Assembly (NCBI GenBank): GCA_002104945.1 | Contig: MCFH01000070.1 | Coordinates: 124,001 to 188,000, forward strand | Length of the DNA: 64,000 nucleotides | Origin: Piromyces finnis finn | Taxonomy: Eukaryota; Fungi; Neocallimastigomycota | Reading direction: 5' to 3' | Shown: piece after piece, positions 60,155 through 64,000 of the stretch | Position numbering within the stretch: position 1 is the first letter of the stretch | Layout: each line of letters begins with the position of its first letter | Program-made: the position numbers and the translations under genes | The notes under the pieces: model-generated | Database searches by the model: none | What the model saw: only the letters and a program-made list of their open reading frames with translations | What the model was told of the DNA's origin: nothing

Positions 60155-63100
60155 TTAACAACGAGATTCATTTAATTTATATTGAATGAATGCTCTTAAA
60201 TTATATAAAGTTTCGTCAGCACGATCACGTAATTCTCTCTTCTTTCTTTTATCAATAGACTTAGTGTTTCTTTGTACAATTGGATAGGATTGCTTTAATA
60301 TAGATAAGTAACCACCATTAACAAATACTGGTCCATCATAATCGTATGACTTATCACCATAGGCATCATATATACCATTTAAAGCTTCACAAACAATTTC
60401 CATATTCTTACAGTTAGATGGAATGTTTATTAAAAAGTCACCAATTACCTTTTTATTTTTATTTTAAATATATACATATTTAATTAATAATTTCGAAACA
60501 AAATATTTAATTATCAAAAATTAAGTTTTAAAAAATGTTTTTTGAAATTTATTTTCATACCTTATTTAATGAAACATTTCCTTGAAGTTTAGCAAATAAA
60601 CCTAAGACACCAACACAACGAACTCTTAAATCATCGGTTATGTTAACATTATTATAAGTAGCAATGAGTGATGATACTTGTTCTTCAGATGGGATCTTTT
60701 TTTTTTTTTTTTTTAGAAAATAAAAATTGCTTAATTTTTATATTTTATATTAAAAATTTAACGAAGATATATATTTATTATAACTACTTACAATCTTAAT
60801 TTCATTCATATTTAAACTGTCTACAGCACGAATTATTGACCACATAGTGTTTACAATACTTTCAATTATATCATTTAAACTATTCTTTTCTTCATTATTA
60901 GCTGATAATAATCCTGAAGCTTTACCAGCTAAACCATAAAGCCATCCCCACATATTTTTAACATCATTAATATTGTTAACATACCATTCTTTTGGCATCA
61001 TCATTAATATATTGTTTAAAGCATTTATGGATCTTAATTGGATAATATTGGTATTGTTAACATATGATGAAGCGTAATTTTTAACATTGTCATTATATTC
61101 ATAGAAATTTTCACAATATGTAATAATTTTTCCAATAATACCATTATTTATGATATATTTGCTTCTTTCATCATTAGCATTATCATTAATATCATCTTCA
61201 TTTTGCATTTCATTAATTCTATCCATTTCTTCGAGGAAGGCATTTTCTTCATCTTGTTCATCCATTTCCATACCTTCATCCATTATTTCTTCATTATTCA
61301 TACCATCTAATTTTAAAAATTAATATTAAAAATTAATTAGCAATTAATTATATATATTATTAATTATAATATTGCTTTTTCTTTTTCTAACAATAGCTCT
61401 TTATTCTGACAATTTTTATTTAATTATAAATAATAAAAATCTTATAATATACCATTTAAATCTTCTGAGCAGACATTAGCTAAAATTTCTAATGAAAGTT
61501 GAATAATTGTTAAATGAGATTCTAAAACCTTTGCTCTTTCCTATTTTAAATTTTAATATAATTATTTATTTATTAATTAAACTATTTCTTTATTTAAAAA
61601 TATTTTTTAGATATATAATTACATAAGTTGGTTTTCCTTCATTATCGATTAATTCTTTGTTTTTAAGATTCTTTGTTTTTTGGACAATTTTTTGATCTTC
61701 AATTTTCTGTATAAATAATAAAAATTAAAAATTAAAATTTTTATTTCGGATTATATAATAATTTTTATCAAATCGAATAAAAGAATATTTTTAATATTTA
61801 CCATTTTTTCAGCAAGAGCAACCATTTCTTTGATAGAGTCAGAGGTCTTGTAATCAAGACATGATGAAATTGAATTGAATATAATAGAATATAATTCATC
61901 CATTGAAAATGAAATAATATTTCTAATATTATACAATATACTTGAACTAAGAAGCTTTAATAAAATTCCATTATTTTCCCATTCATTAGCAATTGGAATT
62001 TGACCAGAGGCAATTGTCTTTAATACATTAATATAGTCTGGAGTTTCAGTGAAATATTTGTAAACGTCTTCATTTTCTTCTGTTATAGTATTTAAACATT
62101 GAGCTGCAACATTTACTAAATTAAATGGTAACTTATCAAGTGCTTTTATAAATTCCATTAAAAATTGAACAATGTTGCAAGAAAGAATATCTTTTGTAAA
62201 TTTGTCAGAAGTTTCACTATTTAAATTATATATATTATTATTATTATTATTATCACTATTATTATTTAATTTTATAATTTGAATTTTAATTAAACCTTTC
62301 GGTTTTATATTATTTATATTACCTCATAGTCCAGATAATGTTAATAATTTGTTCAGAATAATCATAAGCTATTTTATTTTCAAACTTTTTAGTTTTAATA
62401 TCTTTATCATTATTATCAATTGGGATTAAAGTATTTGAAATTAAAGCATTTATCTATTTTAAAAATATTAAAAATTAATAAGATTATATTTTTATTAAGT
62501 TTTATAATTATGAAATGGAATAAAATATAAAAACCTTTGGTAATAATGGAGTAATTGATCCTAAGATATTTCTGTTATATAATTCTAAGCAAATAGTGTT
62601 ATCAACATTAATTAAATTTCTAAATTAATGAATACGAAATTTTTAAAAAAAAAAATAAATTAATCAAATTTATTAAATATTTCATTATTATTATATATAA
62701 TCTTTTTAATACATTAGAAAATAAAATAAAACGGCAACAAAAAAAAAAAAAAGGTAATATAATAAAAAATAAAATAAATAAAAACCTTAAAGCACCAGCT
62801 GCTTCTATAACAACCTCATTTGTTGGATCTGTTAATCCGTTCATTAATTTACCAAGTAAATTATTTTTTAATAAATATTTTCTAGCTTCATCATTTTGAA
62901 TAAGATTTGCAACACCAGCTGCAGCCCAAGCTCTTTCATTAGCATCAGTTGATGACAACTAATTATTATTATTTATTATTATTATATTTAACATTTTTTA
63001 ATATTGTAAAAAAAAAAAATTAATATTTTCTTGTTGATAACTTTGTAAATATTAAAATAATTATTATGTTTTATAAATTTGTTGTTATATACTTTTTCAA

Positions 63101-63233
63101 TTAATGGAAGGGCATCAGCAATTTTTTCTTGAACATTATCATTTATATCATCAATTGAATTTAATACACTTAAAGGATTTGTTGCAGTTGGTCTCTTTCT
63201 TCTTTTAAGTTTTTTGTTATTGACTTTACCCAT
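60155..63233 (-). CDS. SYO1: HEATR3/Syo1 (symportin 1, uL5/uL18 import adaptor), multi-exon ARM/HEAT protein
   Basis: Basic N-terminus MGKVNNKKLKRRKRP; LSSTDANERAWAAAGVANL...EVVIEAAGALRNL; acidic insert; C-terminus EALNGIYDAYGD...IDKRKKRELRDRADETLYNLRAFIQYK. Confidence 0.85.
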
Positions 63234-63323
63234 TTTGTATGTCACTTTTAATAATCTAATATATTTTTTTTTTATTTTTTAAATTTTTTTTTTAAAAAAA
63301 CATTAATATATAGTAAGCCACTT

Positions 63324-63334
63324 TTATCCAATCA
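63324..63334 (+). promoter_or_regulatory. Candidate CCAAT-box element TTATCCAATCA upstream of SYO1
   Basis: 91 bp upstream of the SYO1 ATG; identical to the TPI1 upstream 11-mer but in the opposite orientation relative to its gene. Confidence 0.35.
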
Positions 63335-64000
63335 ACATCGAGTATTTAAATGATTTTTTATATTTTAAATATAATTAAAATTTATAGTTTTTTTAAAATA
63401 GTATTAAAAATAATATATTATAAATATTAATAATAAAATTTATACACTAACCCATGATATAAAATATAAAGATTATAACCGAAAAACTAAGAATTATTGT
63501 CATTATGCCATTATAATAAAAATATAATAATCATACTTACGGTCACTATTAATATTATATATATATGCATGATGCTAATATTACGATAAATTTAGTAGTA
63601 TTTTATTTTATTAACTTAAAATATATTTATTATAAAAATAGTAAATTGCATACAAAACATAAATTTTTATTTTCCTCAAAATCCTAATAATTCATTTTAT
63701 TAGATATATTTTATTTCGTTTTTTTATGAATAACAAAATAATAAAGCAATAAACATCAAAACTCAATATATAATTGTGAGTTTTTATATTTTATTTTTTT
63801 TCTAGAAAAATAATATATATAAACATTATTAAAGTTTTGCTTTTTTAAATATTTATAAATAAATATTTATTAAGATAAAAAATTCTATTCAAATAATTTG
63901 TAGATAAAACCTGTTTTTATCAATATTTGTCAATATTTATTTATTGTAATATGTAACATGGTACGTGAAGAAGGTTCTTTATAAAGGTCTAATGTTTATT

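Overview
Very AT-rich, intron-rich eukaryotic DNA with Asn-rich ORFs. The composition and gene content suggest an anaerobic gut fungus (Neocallimastigomycota); this is an inference. I spliced 14 host genes by hand: a KHA1/CHX-type cation/H+ antiporter (3' part), a FAM210/DUF1279-like protein, KXD1, PIS1, clathrin light chain, a KIN1/MARK-like kinase, a Myb-domain protein, AP-1 sigma, EMC6, a CTL/PNS1-family transporter, a secreted and probably GPI-anchored HExxH metalloprotease, YPT6/Rab6, TPI1, an INTS14-like gene and SYO1/HEATR3 make up the set (15 counting the partial antiporter). There are also two copies of one LINE family: a 4 kb copy with a 12-bp TSD and poly(A), and a 1.5 kb 5'-truncated copy. 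Top observations: (1) a coding-like 34-codon in-frame extension behind the TPI stop codon that ends in a Ras-like CCTIC (CaaX) motif; (2) a 10-exon Integrator subunit 14-like gene in a fungus, with an ~800-aa Asn/Gln tail, that the ORF track fragments; (3) a CTL-family transporter whose first outer loop holds seven paired-cysteine repeats and dibasic sites; (4) a leishmanolysin-like surface metzincin. No tRNA, rRNA or CRISPR array was recognised. Family calls come from motif recognition, not database searches.
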